DNA from: a virus
Direction: 5' to 3' (one strand)
IMG/VR virus record: IMGVR_UViG_3300025154_000049
Location: 1 to 64,000 of that record
Length of the DNA: 64,000 bases
Under the pieces are notes generated by a model. It ran no database searches and was not told the DNA's origin. It saw nothing but the letters and a program-made list of their open reading frames with translations. Position 1 is the first letter of the stretch. Every line of letters begins with the position of its first letter. Position numbers and translations under genes: made by a program. Below are positions 29,205 to 38,754 of the stretch, piece after piece.

Positions 29205-29843
29205 TTAATCCAATAAATCAAACATGTCGAATTCATCAGCTACTATAGACTCGTTAGTAAAATAAGTACTTCTACTTGATTCAAACAACTCATTTTTAAA
29301 TTCGTTATATTCTTCATCTTCGTCGCTTAAGGATTCATTTGGCTCTTCTTCATCTTCTTCTGAACTTTCTTCGCCTTCTTCATCCTCTTCGCCATACATA
29401 TCATCTTCGTTGTCGAAACCTTCACCGTCATCTTCGTAATCTTCTTCGCTTTCTTCCTCTTCGCCCTCATCTACATCGTCTATAAATTGTTGAAGAGTGT
29501 CTATGTCTACGTTTGTATCTATCATAATTCTAGTAAACATTATTAAAGCATGCTGAACTTCTTCTGGAGATGATTCAAAAGCATTTGTTAATTTAGATAA
29601 AGCATGAACATTATCCTCATCTCCATCTCCGTCAACATCTTCTCCATTTTCGTCATCTTCTTCGTGGTCTGAATGTTCTTCATCATCCAAACTTTGACTA
29701 TCCAAAGATTCTTCATCGTCTTCTTCTGGTTCTGCTATAGCTCTAACAGATAAATCTTCCAACTCGTCGTCTTTTTCATATTTAAAACTAGGAGTTAGTT
29801 CTCTAAGACTTTCTAAAAGTGATTTTTTCTTATCCATCTTCAA
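29205..29843 (-). CDS. Highly acidic prohead core protein
   Basis: D/E-rich; several L/F-x-E sites; late promoter 29890-29900. Confidence 0.55.
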   Translation of the reverse strand: MKMDKKKSLLESLRELTPSFKYEKDDELEDLSVRAIAEPEEDDEESLDSQSLDDEEHSDHEEDDENGEDVDGDGDEDNVHALSKLTNAFESSPEEVQHALIMFTRIMIDTNVDIDTLQQFIDDVDEGEEEESEEDYEDDGEGFDNEDDMYGEEDEEGEESSEEDEEEPNESLSDEDEEYNEFKNELFESSRSTYFTNESIVADEFDMFDLLD

Positions 29844-29922
29844 TTCTCCAAACTTATATAATATACATATTATGTATTAAGCCTCTAATTATAATATAAA
29901 TTAGACTTAATTAATTATAAAA

Positions 29923-31647
29923 TTAAAACGTATCAGCTACATTAACACTACCACCACTAGGGGTTTCTGGAGGTGTTGGAGCCTCTGCTGTTATAGTTGG
30001 AGTTTCTCCTGTAGGAGTACTAGAAGTACTAGGAGCTCCTTGAGGAGATTGAGTAGATAATTGAGGACCTTGGAAAGAAGTATTTCCTCTGCTAGGAGTT
30101 CCAGAAGGAGTCATAAGTTCTCCCCCCCTATCGGGTAATGATACCCTACCCTTACCATCAGCATATAATTTTAAAACTTTTTGCATTTTAGGGAAAGCAG
30201 CGGTATACATTTTAAAGAATTCAAGTAACTCTTTACTGTCTACTTCTAAAGCTATCTGGTCAGATGAAGAAATCTCGTTTAATAAAGCTACAAAATCTTT
30301 AAGTGTAGTCATTACTGCTACTATTACTTCCATATCGTCCATTAAATCCACATTAGTAACAGATTTAAATTTTACTTTTATATCATTTTTCTCAACATAA
30401 TACCCCTTATGGAATAAATGTTTCCACATTATATCTTTGATACCATTACCGTAACATGTTTGAATATTTACTAGCTTGGTAGAGTAAGCAGAATAAACTT
30501 TTAGCATATCTGTCTTACCTAATAATTGGTCTCCGTATGCTAAATAAAAAGAAGGAACTCCCATAGCCAAAGCTATGTTTTTCCTTACATCGTTTATTCT
30601 ATTATTTAAATCAGAACTATCAAAATTAAACTGTATTTGTTCTATACCACCCTTACCGTCTGAGAATCTTGGGATAACTTTAAACCTAGAAGCTGTCTGT
30701 AGAATATCTCCTACGTTAAGATTTTCCATATTTAAGGCTTCAGTGTTCATACTGTTAAGTATGTTCTCGTATCTGTCTATAGCTTCTGAAGTATTAGTAT
30801 TATCCATATCTGCGTTCATGTCTACAGATACTATAATGGGGGCTAATACCCTTTTCAACTCTGAGGCTAGGGCAGTAGTCTCTAATACACTTAATTTTTT
30901 AACTGAAGATAATACGGGATATATTACCGATGTTCCAACTCTTACAGACTCTGGAACATCTATAATATCTGTATCTGTTTCTACTTTTACTCTCAGTCTG
31001 TTGTTATTTAAACAGAAGTGTACTATCTCGTCCTTATCTATAAGCTCAAACTTAGAAGCCTTTCTGTTAAATCTGAAAAATGAATCAATATCTCTTCCCT
31101 TATAAATAGCCAAGTAATCGTCTAAATCACAATTATCTGTAATTTCTACTACTCCAACACCTTTTACTATCTTAGTCTTAAGGAAGTATTCTCCCATTAG
31201 CATAAAGTCTGGAAGAATATCCGAAGAGAGACCAGCTAAATCATGCTGGTCTACAAACCCGTCCATTATTTTTTGTATATCTTCATCTGTTTTATATCTT
31301 TTTTCTCTATTAGGAGAATATTCTATGGATATAAATTTATCATCAGATACACTACTGAAAGCATCGTTATATAAAGAAGTCAATAAAGTTTGTACAAGTT
31401 CATTATCTCGTACAGTCATTAAATTTTTTATTAAATCTTCCCTAGACTTGAAACTAGCCCCCATCTGTTTCATTATCTGACCGATAACATTACTTCTGGA
31501 ATAGTCCCCATAAGAGTCCACGGGTAAATTATATCTGTTAGTTAAATCAAACGTCTTAGTACTGTCGGGTTTTAAATCATAATGTCCCGTTAGTCCTCTA
31601 AATATGTTCATTGCTTGACTTAATTCAAAACCGCCACCAAAAGGCAT
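29923..31647 (-). CDS. gp20: Portal protein (T4 gp20-like)
   Basis: GEYFL, IVHF, GTSVI..KKLSVLE, IALAMGVPSFYL; downstream of terminase; Pro/Thr-rich tail. Confidence 0.85.
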   Translation of the reverse strand: MPFGGGFELSQAMNIFRGLTGHYDLKPDSTKTFDLTNRYNLPVDSYGDYSRSNVIGQIMKQMGASFKSREDLIKNLMTVRDNELVQTLLTSLYNDAFSSVSDDKFISIEYSPNREKRYKTDEDIQKIMDGFVDQHDLAGLSSDILPDFMLMGEYFLKTKIVKGVGVVEITDNCDLDDYLAIYKGRDIDSFFRFNRKASKFELIDKDEIVHFCLNNNRLRVKVETDTDIIDVPESVRVGTSVIYPVLSSVKKLSVLETTALASELKRVLAPIIVSVDMNADMDNTNTSEAIDRYENILNSMNTEALNMENLNVGDILQTASRFKVIPRFSDGKGGIEQIQFNFDSSDLNNRINDVRKNIALAMGVPSFYLAYGDQLLGKTDMLKVYSAYSTKLVNIQTCYGNGIKDIMWKHLFHKGYYVEKNDIKVKFKSVTNVDLMDDMEVIVAVMTTLKDFVALLNEISSSDQIALEVDSKELLEFFKMYTAAFPKMQKVLKLYADGKGRVSLPDRGGELMTPSGTPSRGNTSFQGPQLSTQSPQGAPSTSSTPTGETPTITAEAPTPPETPSGGSVNVADTF

Positions 31648-31683
31648 ATAAAAACCTCCGAATAAATCTACTTATAATATAAA

Positions 31684-33579
31684 TTATTTAAAGTTCCATG
31701 TTTTATTTATCTGTTCTTTTTGTTGTTGTGTCCTAGCCTGTCTCATTAACTGAGATAAACCAAGTCCTAAATCTGGAGTCAGTCCATCTTTATTAGACAG
31801 GTCTACGTAAACCTGATTTCTGTTCATATAATCTTTAGAATTGATACATTTCCAGATACCCCCACACACAGAGTCAGCAATATCTTTGCTGTTATTTGAT
31901 ATATGGTCTATCTTCTTTTCTAAATCTCTTAGCCCTAACAGTTCTGTTATTAGTAGTTCGTTTTTAACCCCTATTAGTTTATTAGTATACATTAATTCTC
32001 TTAAAGTGTAATAAGGTTCCTTAGTTCTATCCACAGATAAATATTCTGTTTCTACATTACTTGTTCTAAGTAACTGACGAGTAACATCTCCTTGAAACAT
32101 GTCAGTAGTTATAACTTTAATAGGGTATCCCATTTTTATCAATAAAAATAAAAAATCTATGACTTTAATTATATTTATTTCTTCCCCTTTTTTGGCTTCT
32201 ATCCCTATAGCAAAATCTACATAGAACATTCTTTCTCTTTTTTTAGTTACAGGAATACTAGGATTCTCTATAGTAGGTCTTATTTCAAATTCCTCTAGTG
32301 TGCTATATACTGAAGATAGTCCAAATCTATCTTTCTTAGTAGCTATATCTAAATGAACAAACCTGTAACTATCCTGATGAAGAGGTTTTTTAAAATAATC
32401 TAAACTATGAACATAATTCTCTAACTTATCGTTTGGGTCATTAAAACTCATGCTAATAATATCATTTTTGAATCTGTTTGGATTAACAAATAAGTTCCTA
32501 ACGAGTTGTTTAGATTTAAACAAAGATATATCTGCATGAACCCTACGTCCAGCTACATCCCTTATACTCCCTATTAATCTAGTACCACTAAAATCTTCAT
32601 AATAAGTATAAGGAACATCTATTGTATTTTCTTCCATCTCTGGAGAAATTATTTCTTCATCATCAACTAATCGGGGGTCTCTTTTAGAATCCCCTAAGAA
32701 AACCCTAAAAGTATCTTTTGTAAAAGTACCCTTAACTTGCCAAGCTGACAAGTTATCCCTAAAATTTCCGAATGGGTTAGTCTGTATTTCTTCAATAGCA
32801 GTATTTAAATAGTCTTGTTCGTCTATGGGGGAACTTACTAACCATAAAATACCAGGCATAAAATCGCTAAATTTATCAAACCTAGATTTTCTTCTCGTCT
32901 TGAACAGGTTATGAATATCTTGAGCTTTTTTTATAGACTCCTTCCCTAAGTAATAAGAAACTTCGTCCATTAAACACCCGAAATTCATCTTACCTAATAA
33001 ATGGTTAATATTTGAACCAATATTAACTAGGATGATATCGTTAATTATAACACCCTCGTCTGAAGCAGTGGTTCTAGCTTTTGGAGTTGCTTTTCTCTCT
33101 ATAAAATAGGGAGAAGTATTAACCATCCCCAAAAACTTAGAGAAAGCAACAGAACTTCCCTGAGCTTTATCTGGTGTCATTATTGTAAAAGCAAAAGGGT
33201 CTAAGCGTTTTGTCTGTAAATAATAGGTATAGGGGTCTTTTAAACACATCAATTTGTACATTTCATATACCATAGAGGCTATTGCTATAGTCGTCTTACC
33301 TACTCCTATTGCAGTTGAGAGAATAAATTCGTTATACATGTTAATACAAGGGTGCGGATGTACTTCTTGAAGTAGTTCTAACCAGTAATCGTATATCTCG
33401 TCCCCTAAAGAATTTCCTAAATAATAAGGGTCTTTTATAAAAGTAACTATATCTACAGGTTTCTCCGTATAAGAATCTTCTTCAGCATAATAAATAGCCT
33501 CCCCTTTATCCCAAATGGAAAGGTCTTTGTAATTGGTAAAAACATCTTCAGTATAATTAATCCTCTGAAGGTAAGTCAT
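31684..33579 (-). CDS. gp17: Terminase large subunit
   Basis: Walker A AIGVGKT, Walker B CLMDE, VSSP, nuclease VHLDIATKKD, KIDH..SKDIADSV. Confidence 0.92.
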   Translation of the reverse strand: MTYLQRINYTEDVFTNYKDLSIWDKGEAIYYAEEDSYTEKPVDIVTFIKDPYYLGNSLGDEIYDYWLELLQEVHPHPCINMYNEFILSTAIGVGKTTIAIASMVYEMYKLMCLKDPYTYYLQTKRLDPFAFTIMTPDKAQGSSVAFSKFLGMVNTSPYFIERKATPKARTTASDEGVIINDIILVNIGSNINHLLGKMNFGCLMDEVSYYLGKESIKKAQDIHNLFKTRRKSRFDKFSDFMPGILWLVSSPIDEQDYLNTAIEEIQTNPFGNFRDNLSAWQVKGTFTKDTFRVFLGDSKRDPRLVDDEEIISPEMEENTIDVPYTYYEDFSGTRLIGSIRDVAGRRVHADISLFKSKQLVRNLFVNPNRFKNDIISMSFNDPNDKLENYVHSLDYFKKPLHQDSYRFVHLDIATKKDRFGLSSVYSTLEEFEIRPTIENPSIPVTKKRERMFYVDFAIGIEAKKGEEINIIKVIDFLFLLIKMGYPIKVITTDMFQGDVTRQLLRTSNVETEYLSVDRTKEPYYTLRELMYTNKLIGVKNELLITELLGLRDLEKKIDHISNNSKDIADSVCGGIWKCINSKDYMNRNQVYVDLSNKDGLTPDLGLGLSQLMRQARTQQQKEQINKTWNFK

Positions 33580-34003
33580 TATTTTCTCTAGCCCTTCGTT
33601 TCATTTCATTAACAAATTCTCTTATTCGGGCATCCTGTGGAAGATTTCCTCCTTTAGCAGGAGGACTATCTTGAAAATAAGCTCTTATTATCTCATTTTT
33701 TGTTGAAATATCATACAGTTTAGTCAAAAAACCAAGACTAGCGTACTTAGACTTAACCACGCTATTCAATAGCTGTATTAAATCTTTAGGTTCTAACGCA
33801 AAGATAAATTCATCGGAACACAAATACTTCTCTATCTTTCTAATTATCCTGTTACATTTTCTAATACATCCCATTTCGTTTGAAACAAGACTCATAAACT
33901 TGTCAGGTGTCAAATTCCTCTTAATACGAGTTTTATTCTCAACTAAAGATTTTACCTCAGAAGTGATATCTATTATTTTATCTTTATTGTCGTTAGAATC
34001 CAT
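33557..34003 (-). CDS. Probable terminase small subunit
   Basis: Helical 148-aa protein overlapping the large terminase start. Confidence 0.5.
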   Translation of the reverse strand: MDSNDNKDKIIDITSEVKSLVENKTRIKRNLTPDKFMSLVSNEMGCIRKCNRIIRKIEKYLCSDEFIFALEPKDLIQLLNSVVKSKYASLGFLTKLYDISTKNEIIRAYFQDSPPAKGGNLPQDARIREFVNEMKRRARENNDLPSED

Positions 34004-34026
34004 CTTAACCCCGTACCCTTAATCAA

Positions 34027-34374
34027 CTAAATGTTTATTTCCATAGAATCGTTGTCGATTATTTCTATAAATTCTTGATAAATATCTAAAGTCTTAGCTT
34101 TATCTATTTTCTTTTTAGGATTGACAGTAACCTTAGAGAATATCTCTTCAGCTTCTTGTATAAACCCATATAACTTTTCTTCTTTAGGAAAACTTACCTT
34201 CTTACCAGCACACATAAAAAAGAACTTAAAGATATCTACTCCAACATCTTTGTATATAGAATATAAAGTAGGAAAGTCTATATTCATGTTCCTACTAATA
34301 TAGAACAAGATACAAGTGGTTCTATTCACTGGTATTTTTAACGATGGTTGAACTGTTGTTTCAGCATGTTCCAT
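34027..34374 (-). CDS. Hypothetical protein (Mor-like or late transcription cofactor candidate)
   Basis: FKFFFMCAGKKVSFP resembles the Mor-type GG-x-P motif; next to the sigma gene. Confidence 0.4.
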   Translation of the reverse strand: MEHAETTVQPSLKIPVNRTTCILFYISRNMNIDFPTLYSIYKDVGVDIFKFFFMCAGKKVSFPKEEKLYGFIQEAEEIFSKVTVNPKKKIDKAKTLDIYQEFIEIIDNDSMEINI

Positions 34375-34934
34375 AATAAATCTTTCCTCACCACATCTAG
34401 CTTATGTAACTCATTTATATCAACATTTTCTAATTCTTTTAACTTTTCATATTGCTTTACGATATCACAATAGTATTCTATATCCTCATAAGCATCGTCA
34501 TACTTTAGCTTACCACAATAATTTTCTACGTTGTCTAAATTATCGTCTTCTATTTCCTCATCTTCTAACGAGTCGTTAGCCTTTAGCCTTAACTCATCTT
34601 TATTTATATATTCAAAGTCTAAAGATATAGGATTTTGATTATTTATCAAACGATAATTAACCTTAGTACAGTAATTCCTAACTATTGTATGAATAAAAGT
34701 CCCTAAACATCCTTTATTAACATCATAGTTTTGGGAAACTTTCTCATAAATAACTACAAAACAATCATTGATATTATCCTCATTGAATTGTTTTTGTAAC
34801 AGATATTTATTTAAAAGTCTTTTAACATAAGCAATTATTTGAAAATAGAACTCTCTACTACAGAGACCTTCGTTATCATAGATATCCTGTATCTTTTTAT
34901 AATTGCCGTATAATTTTTTTGGTGTTTCAGACAT
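34338..34934 (-). CDS. Phage sigma factor (region 2 only; late, gp55-like)
   Basis: EDNINDCFVVIYEKVSQNYDVNKGCLGTFIHTIVRNY matches sigma70 region 2.2-2.4; no clear region 4. Confidence 0.75.
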   Translation of the reverse strand: MSETPKKLYGNYKKIQDIYDNEGLCSREFYFQIIAYVKRLLNKYLLQKQFNEDNINDCFVVIYEKVSQNYDVNKGCLGTFIHTIVRNYCTKVNYRLINNQNPISLDFEYINKDELRLKANDSLEDEEIEDDNLDNVENYCGKLKYDDAYEDIEYYCDIVKQYEKLKELENVDINELHKLDVVRKDLLWNMLKQQFNHR

Positions 34935-34943
34935 ATAGTTTCC

Positions 34944-35111
34944 TTAATCATTCAAATTGAAGTTATGTGAATTATCTATATTATCATTTAAATTCATTTT
35001 TTTATCTTCTGTTTTATTTTCTTTTTGGGGTTCTTCTGGAACCACTTTCAGCTTGCATTTACAATTAGGACATTCTAACTCTAATTCCTCGTGTTTATGG
35101 TCTTCTCCCAT
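34944..35111 (-). CDS. Small zinc-ribbon protein
   Basis: ELECPNCKCKL; start MGEDH with GGAGG SD. Confidence 0.55.
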   Translation of the reverse strand: MGEDHKHEELELECPNCKCKLKVVPEEPQKENKTEDKKMNLNDNIDNSHNFNLND

Positions 35112-35112
35112 T

Positions 35113-36048
35113 CTAGTATCCCTCCTGAAAGTCTTGTATAAAATCCACATTAGGTAGTTTATTGTGTTTCAATAAAATGGAATAGATAACATCATGTTTA
35201 AATTTAAATTTAGAACTGTATGTTCTTAAATTAGGTAAAAATAAATTACTTAATTCTACAAGTTCTAACACATTTAATAATTGAAGTTCTTCTTTTTCTA
35301 TGTACCTTCTTATTTTCTTACTCTGAGATTTATTTATGAGTTTATCTTTCTCGAAGGATAATAAAAGATTGATGCAGGATTCAGAATCAGTATTAATATT
35401 TTGTAAATGTTGAATAGTTTTGTCAATATTAGTTTTCTTAGTATTGTCGATTAAATCTAAAAAATATCTATTATGGTCTGTCTCTGGAAGAACTTCATTT
35501 TTTAATTTTATCTTCGTATCTGGAATCAATATTTCAGAATTTTTCTCCGAATCCACCGAACTAATTTTGTAGAAACCTACATTAACCACCATCGATTTAG
35601 AGAATAAAATAGGATAGTCAATAAAAGTTCCGAGCATATAGGTATCATTAACCACCTTATCCGCAGTCATAAAATATCTTTGATATCCCGCTTTTAAATC
35701 CTCCTCTATAAAAATCCAATCATTGCTAATAGGAACCCTATCTCCCAACTCAGTAAAATAATCAGAATCTAACAAAGTAACAAATTCCACTATATCATTT
35801 CTTTTTAAAATTATTAATTCCTTGTCTTGAGGAGTAAATAGCTGTTTCTGATTTAATAATAATTCCATCTGAGTTTCTACGGGCTGTTTTATAAAATAAT
35901 TTACAGGTATTTTTAAGGTTTTAAGAAAGGTTTCAATACCTGAATTAGACATTTTAAAAGGATAATTGTCCTCGAAAAATTTATCAATCTCCTTAACACT
36001 TAAATTATAGATTTCCCCGTTTAAGTATTTATCCCTAATTAGTTTCAT
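35113..36048 (-). CDS. Hypothetical protein (DUF932-like)
   Basis: FLKTLKIPVNYFIKQP resembles the L.IP..Y...P motif. Confidence 0.45.
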   Translation of the reverse strand: MKLIRDKYLNGEIYNLSVKEIDKFFEDNYPFKMSNSGIETFLKTLKIPVNYFIKQPVETQMELLLNQKQLFTPQDKELIILKRNDIVEFVTLLDSDYFTELGDRVPISNDWIFIEEDLKAGYQRYFMTADKVVNDTYMLGTFIDYPILFSKSMVVNVGFYKISSVDSEKNSEILIPDTKIKLKNEVLPETDHNRYFLDLIDNTKKTNIDKTIQHLQNINTDSESCINLLLSFEKDKLINKSQSKKIRRYIEKEELQLLNVLELVELSNLFLPNLRTYSSKFKFKHDVIYSILLKHNKLPNVDFIQDFQEGY

Positions 36049-36766
36049 ATATTCCTCCTAAATCTTCTATAGCAAATTTTAGTTTATCTAAAAAAATATT
36101 TAATCCCGAAGGATTACTTAAAAACATAGCACAATCTTTATGTGCTGGAGTAACAACTTTATGCTGAACATGCCAATCTGTGGAAGTAGTTAAAATTCTA
36201 TGTATTCTATTTTCTTCTTTATTTACAGATTTCTTACCTACGTTGTCTATTTTATCTTCATCATTATCGTAACAAAATATTATCTTAGAGACAGTATTCT
36301 TAAATATTTCTAAATTGCTAATAGTTATCTCAGAGCCATTTAAAGCTAGGCAATATTTGTAATATTGTTTTAACCATATAGCATCTTTAACACCTTCACA
36401 AATTATAACAGGTTTGGTATAGTCAAAATCAGAAAAATCCTCCCACCCAAATATAGGGGGAATGTTGTTTTTATAATCAAAAATAGTTCTATACTCTTTT
36501 TTATCATAACTTCTCAAAACAAAACCTATGATTTTTTTACTGGGGGTAGCTAAAGGAATCATCCAAAAACAAGGATTTTCTTCAAAATACTTCCAAAAAC
36601 TTTTAATAGGATACTGATATTTTATAGTATCCTTAACAAAAACTAAACCCACAGGTAATCCCTTCTTCAATTGAAAACATGTATAGTTTTCATTAGTTTC
36701 TGGAACTAACCCACACACAGGTATAGAATGTTTATAAAGTTTTATAAAATCCTCTAACAAACCCAA
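36035..36766 (-). CDS. DNA primase, TOPRIM catalytic domain only
   Basis: IPL..IIGFVLR, VIICEGVKDA, ALNG, FCYDND, KDC; no N-terminal zinc finger; promoter TTGACA-17-TATAAT at 36819-36791. Confidence 0.8.
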   Translation of the reverse strand: MGLLEDFIKLYKHSIPVCGLVPETNENYTCFQLKKGLPVGLVFVKDTIKYQYPIKSFWKYFEENPCFWMIPLATPSKKIIGFVLRSYDKKEYRTIFDYKNNIPPIFGWEDFSDFDYTKPVIICEGVKDAIWLKQYYKYCLALNGSEITISNLEIFKNTVSKIIFCYDNDEDKIDNVGKKSVNKEENRIHRILTTSTDWHVQHKVVTPAHKDCAMFLSNPSGLNIFLDKLKFAIEDLGGIYETN

Positions 36767-36926
36767 TCCTCAATATTCACCCATAACAACATTATAACAT
36801 AACACAAAGGATATGTCAATACCGTTACAAGATTAAATTTTAATTAAAATGAGGCAAGTATTACAAAACGCTAAGATGACAGAGTGTGGTCAATGAGCAA
36901 AAGTAATTTAGCCTAAAGTCAGTGAT

Positions 36927-36988
36927 GACAAGATACAATTACTACTATGTAAGTTTGTATAGTTTCATTTCTTGTTATTAAGATTAAT
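36927..36988. repeat. 62-bp perfect direct repeat, copy 1
   Basis: GACAAGATACAATTACTACTATGTAAGTTTGTATAGTTTCATTTCTTGTTATTAAGATTAAT. Confidence 0.95.
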
Positions 36989-37294
36989 GATAGTAGTTTT
37001 CCATATACAATCCAAGCTTACTCTTCTTAACAGGTATTAATAACCTATTCTCCTCAAAGAGAGATAACTGTGAACGTGCTTTTTAACCTATTATTATAAC
37101 AGGTTAGGGCTTTAAAAGAACAACTGTATGGGAAACTTCTGTAACTATTTAAGTGAGATTGCTTTTTTTATCAGCGTTTCACCCAGTACATTCATCTCTA
37201 CGAGATGGTTTAACAATTTACTTACAGGGAGATTTCGTTGTTGCATACAGAAGAGTATTAACCATTTCTTCAGCATTTTACCCATCTGATAACA
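36989..37294. ncRNA. Candidate structured non-coding element (RNA or origin)
   Basis: Long-range complementary pairs GTTTTCCATA/TATGGGAAAC, TAACCT/AGGTTA, GAGATGGTT/AACCATTTC, TTATCAG/CTGATAA; promoter TTGACA-17-TAAAAT at 37322-37294 on the minus strand. Confidence 0.4.
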
Positions 37295-37344
37295 TTTTAG
37301 CATATTATAACAATTATGTCAAGATTTTAATTCCTTCAGTTTCC

Positions 37345-37406
37345 GACAAGATACAATTACTACTATGTAAGTTTGTATAGTTTCATTTCTTGTTATTAAG
37401 ATTAAT
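37345..37406. repeat. 62-bp perfect direct repeat, copy 2
   Basis: Identical to 36927-36988, offset 418 bp. Confidence 0.95.
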
Positions 37407-37446
37407 TCTCTAAAGAGAAAAGAAATATAAATATATTTATATAATA

Positions 37447-37851
37447 TTAAACTCTATAATAAGGAGTTTTATAAACTCCCATATCTCCAAATAAGTCTAA
37501 CTTATAATTTCTTTTATCTGCTATTCTTTTTTTAAAATTATTACTAATATTTAACTCTGCTAATTCATTGAAAAGATTCTGAATAAATTCAGAATTAAAT
37601 AGGTTATGTAATCTATCTGTTTTCTTAAGATTGTTAAAACTAACTATTAAGCATATAGAATTACCGTCTCTATGATAATCAAATTTTGCTTTATACAACT
37701 TTCCTAAAGCTTCCTCTTTTTTATACCTGTCTAAAATTTTCATGACATCGTAGATATCTGATTTAATTATTTCCTCTTCTTCGTCATGAAGAACATCTTC
37801 TTTTTCTAAATCTAACTTATCCATTATCTGTTTTATAAAATCTAAAGACAT
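37447..37851 (-). CDS. Late hypothetical protein, possibly head-packaged
   Basis: Late promoter 37883-37893; MSLDFIKQIMDKLDLE N-terminus. Confidence 0.6.
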   Translation of the reverse strand: MSLDFIKQIMDKLDLEKEDVLHDEEEEIIKSDIYDVMKILDRYKKEEALGKLYKAKFDYHRDGNSICLIVSFNNLKKTDRLHNLFNSEFIQNLFNELAELNISNNFKKRIADKRNYKLDLFGDMGVYKTPYYRV

Positions 37852-37889
37852 AAATCCACCCTGACGTATTATGTTTTCTAAATATAATA

Positions 37890-37922
37890 TAAAAATATCC
37901 GTCGATTTAGGGTCGACGGATA
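37890..37922 (-). terminator. Intrinsic terminator fused to a late promoter
   Basis: TATCCGTCGAC..TCGACGGATA-TTTT. Confidence 0.75.
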
Positions 37923-37943
37923 CAAACTTATTATAGTTAATTA

Positions 37944-38462
37944 TTATACGCTAGGTTTAATTGAAGGGTTGCCTCCAGATTGTACATTTTTGTCTACTTT
38001 ATCAGCAGTACTTTTCCTTGTTATGATACCCATAATGTTATCAATATACTGTTGAAGTTGTGGGTCCATCTGACCTCCCATAGCAGATTTAAGATATTCA
38101 GCAACTCCTAGAGCCCCTTCTTTTCCAGTTGAGTTAGGATTCATAATTTTTTCCAAAGCACTCAACATAAGAATATTTTCATTCATTAATTCTTCTGACT
38201 TAGCCTTAGCTTTACCTTCTCCAGATATACTTTTAGGAACAGTGTGTTCAATGTCTGGAGCTTTATCGTCTTTAGATTTAGCTAGTTGAGCTTTATCCAC
38301 TCTTTTTTTAACTCTCTTAAGGTCTACTTTTTGAGTAGTACCTTCCCCAGATATATCACTAGGGGTAGTGTGTTGTATTTCTACTTCTTTAGCTGATTCT
38401 TGCATCTTTCTTAATTGCAGTCTAGCTATAAAGTCATAAGAGCTGTCGAATCTTTCGTTCAT
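37944..38462 (-). CDS. Putative internal head protein with an internal repeat
   Basis: EIQHTTPSDISGEG and DIEHTVPKSISGEG repeats; KMQE and LMNE sites. Confidence 0.55.
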   Translation of the reverse strand: MNERFDSSYDFIARLQLRKMQESAKEVEIQHTTPSDISGEGTTQKVDLKRVKKRVDKAQLAKSKDDKAPDIEHTVPKSISGEGKAKAKSEELMNENILMLSALEKIMNPNSTGKEGALGVAEYLKSAMGGQMDPQLQQYIDNIMGIITRKSTADKVDKNVQSGGNPSIKPSV

Positions 38463-38476
38463 TTTAATACTCCTGT

Positions 38477-38707
38477 TTAATAATTATAACTTGTGTCTTT
38501 ATTTTTTAAAACTCTCTTTAGTTCTTGTTCCAACTCCATATTATCTATTACTTCAAGAGCTTTGGATAAAGTAATTAAAGTTGGGTCAAATTTTCTAGCA
38601 AAGTTTATAATGTCTTGTACTTTATAGTTATCCCCATAAACATTACAAGTCTCTTTTTCATTAAGAACACTACAAAATTCTATTATTTTTTGAAATTTAC
38701 TAATCAT
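38477..38707 (-). CDS. Putative internal head protein
   Basis: MISKFQKIIEFCSVLNE tag; late promoter 38734-38744. Confidence 0.55.
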   Translation of the reverse strand: MISKFQKIIEFCSVLNEKETCNVYGDNYKVQDIINFARKFDPTLITLSKALEVIDNMELEQELKRVLKNKDTSYNY

Positions 38708-38754
38708 AGTGAGTTCCTTATAATATATCTATTTATAATATAAACTAATGTCTT

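Noticed and set aside
37153-37380. 75-aa plus-strand ORF in the non-coding locus
   Set aside because: GTG start without SD, overlaps a promoter and a repeat copy, no recognisable motif
36927-37406. 62-bp repeats as a CRISPR mini-array (minus strand contains ATGAAAC)
   Set aside because: Only two copies, longer than CRISPR repeats, 356 bp apart, identical on both sides of ATGAAAC, and no cas genes in the window
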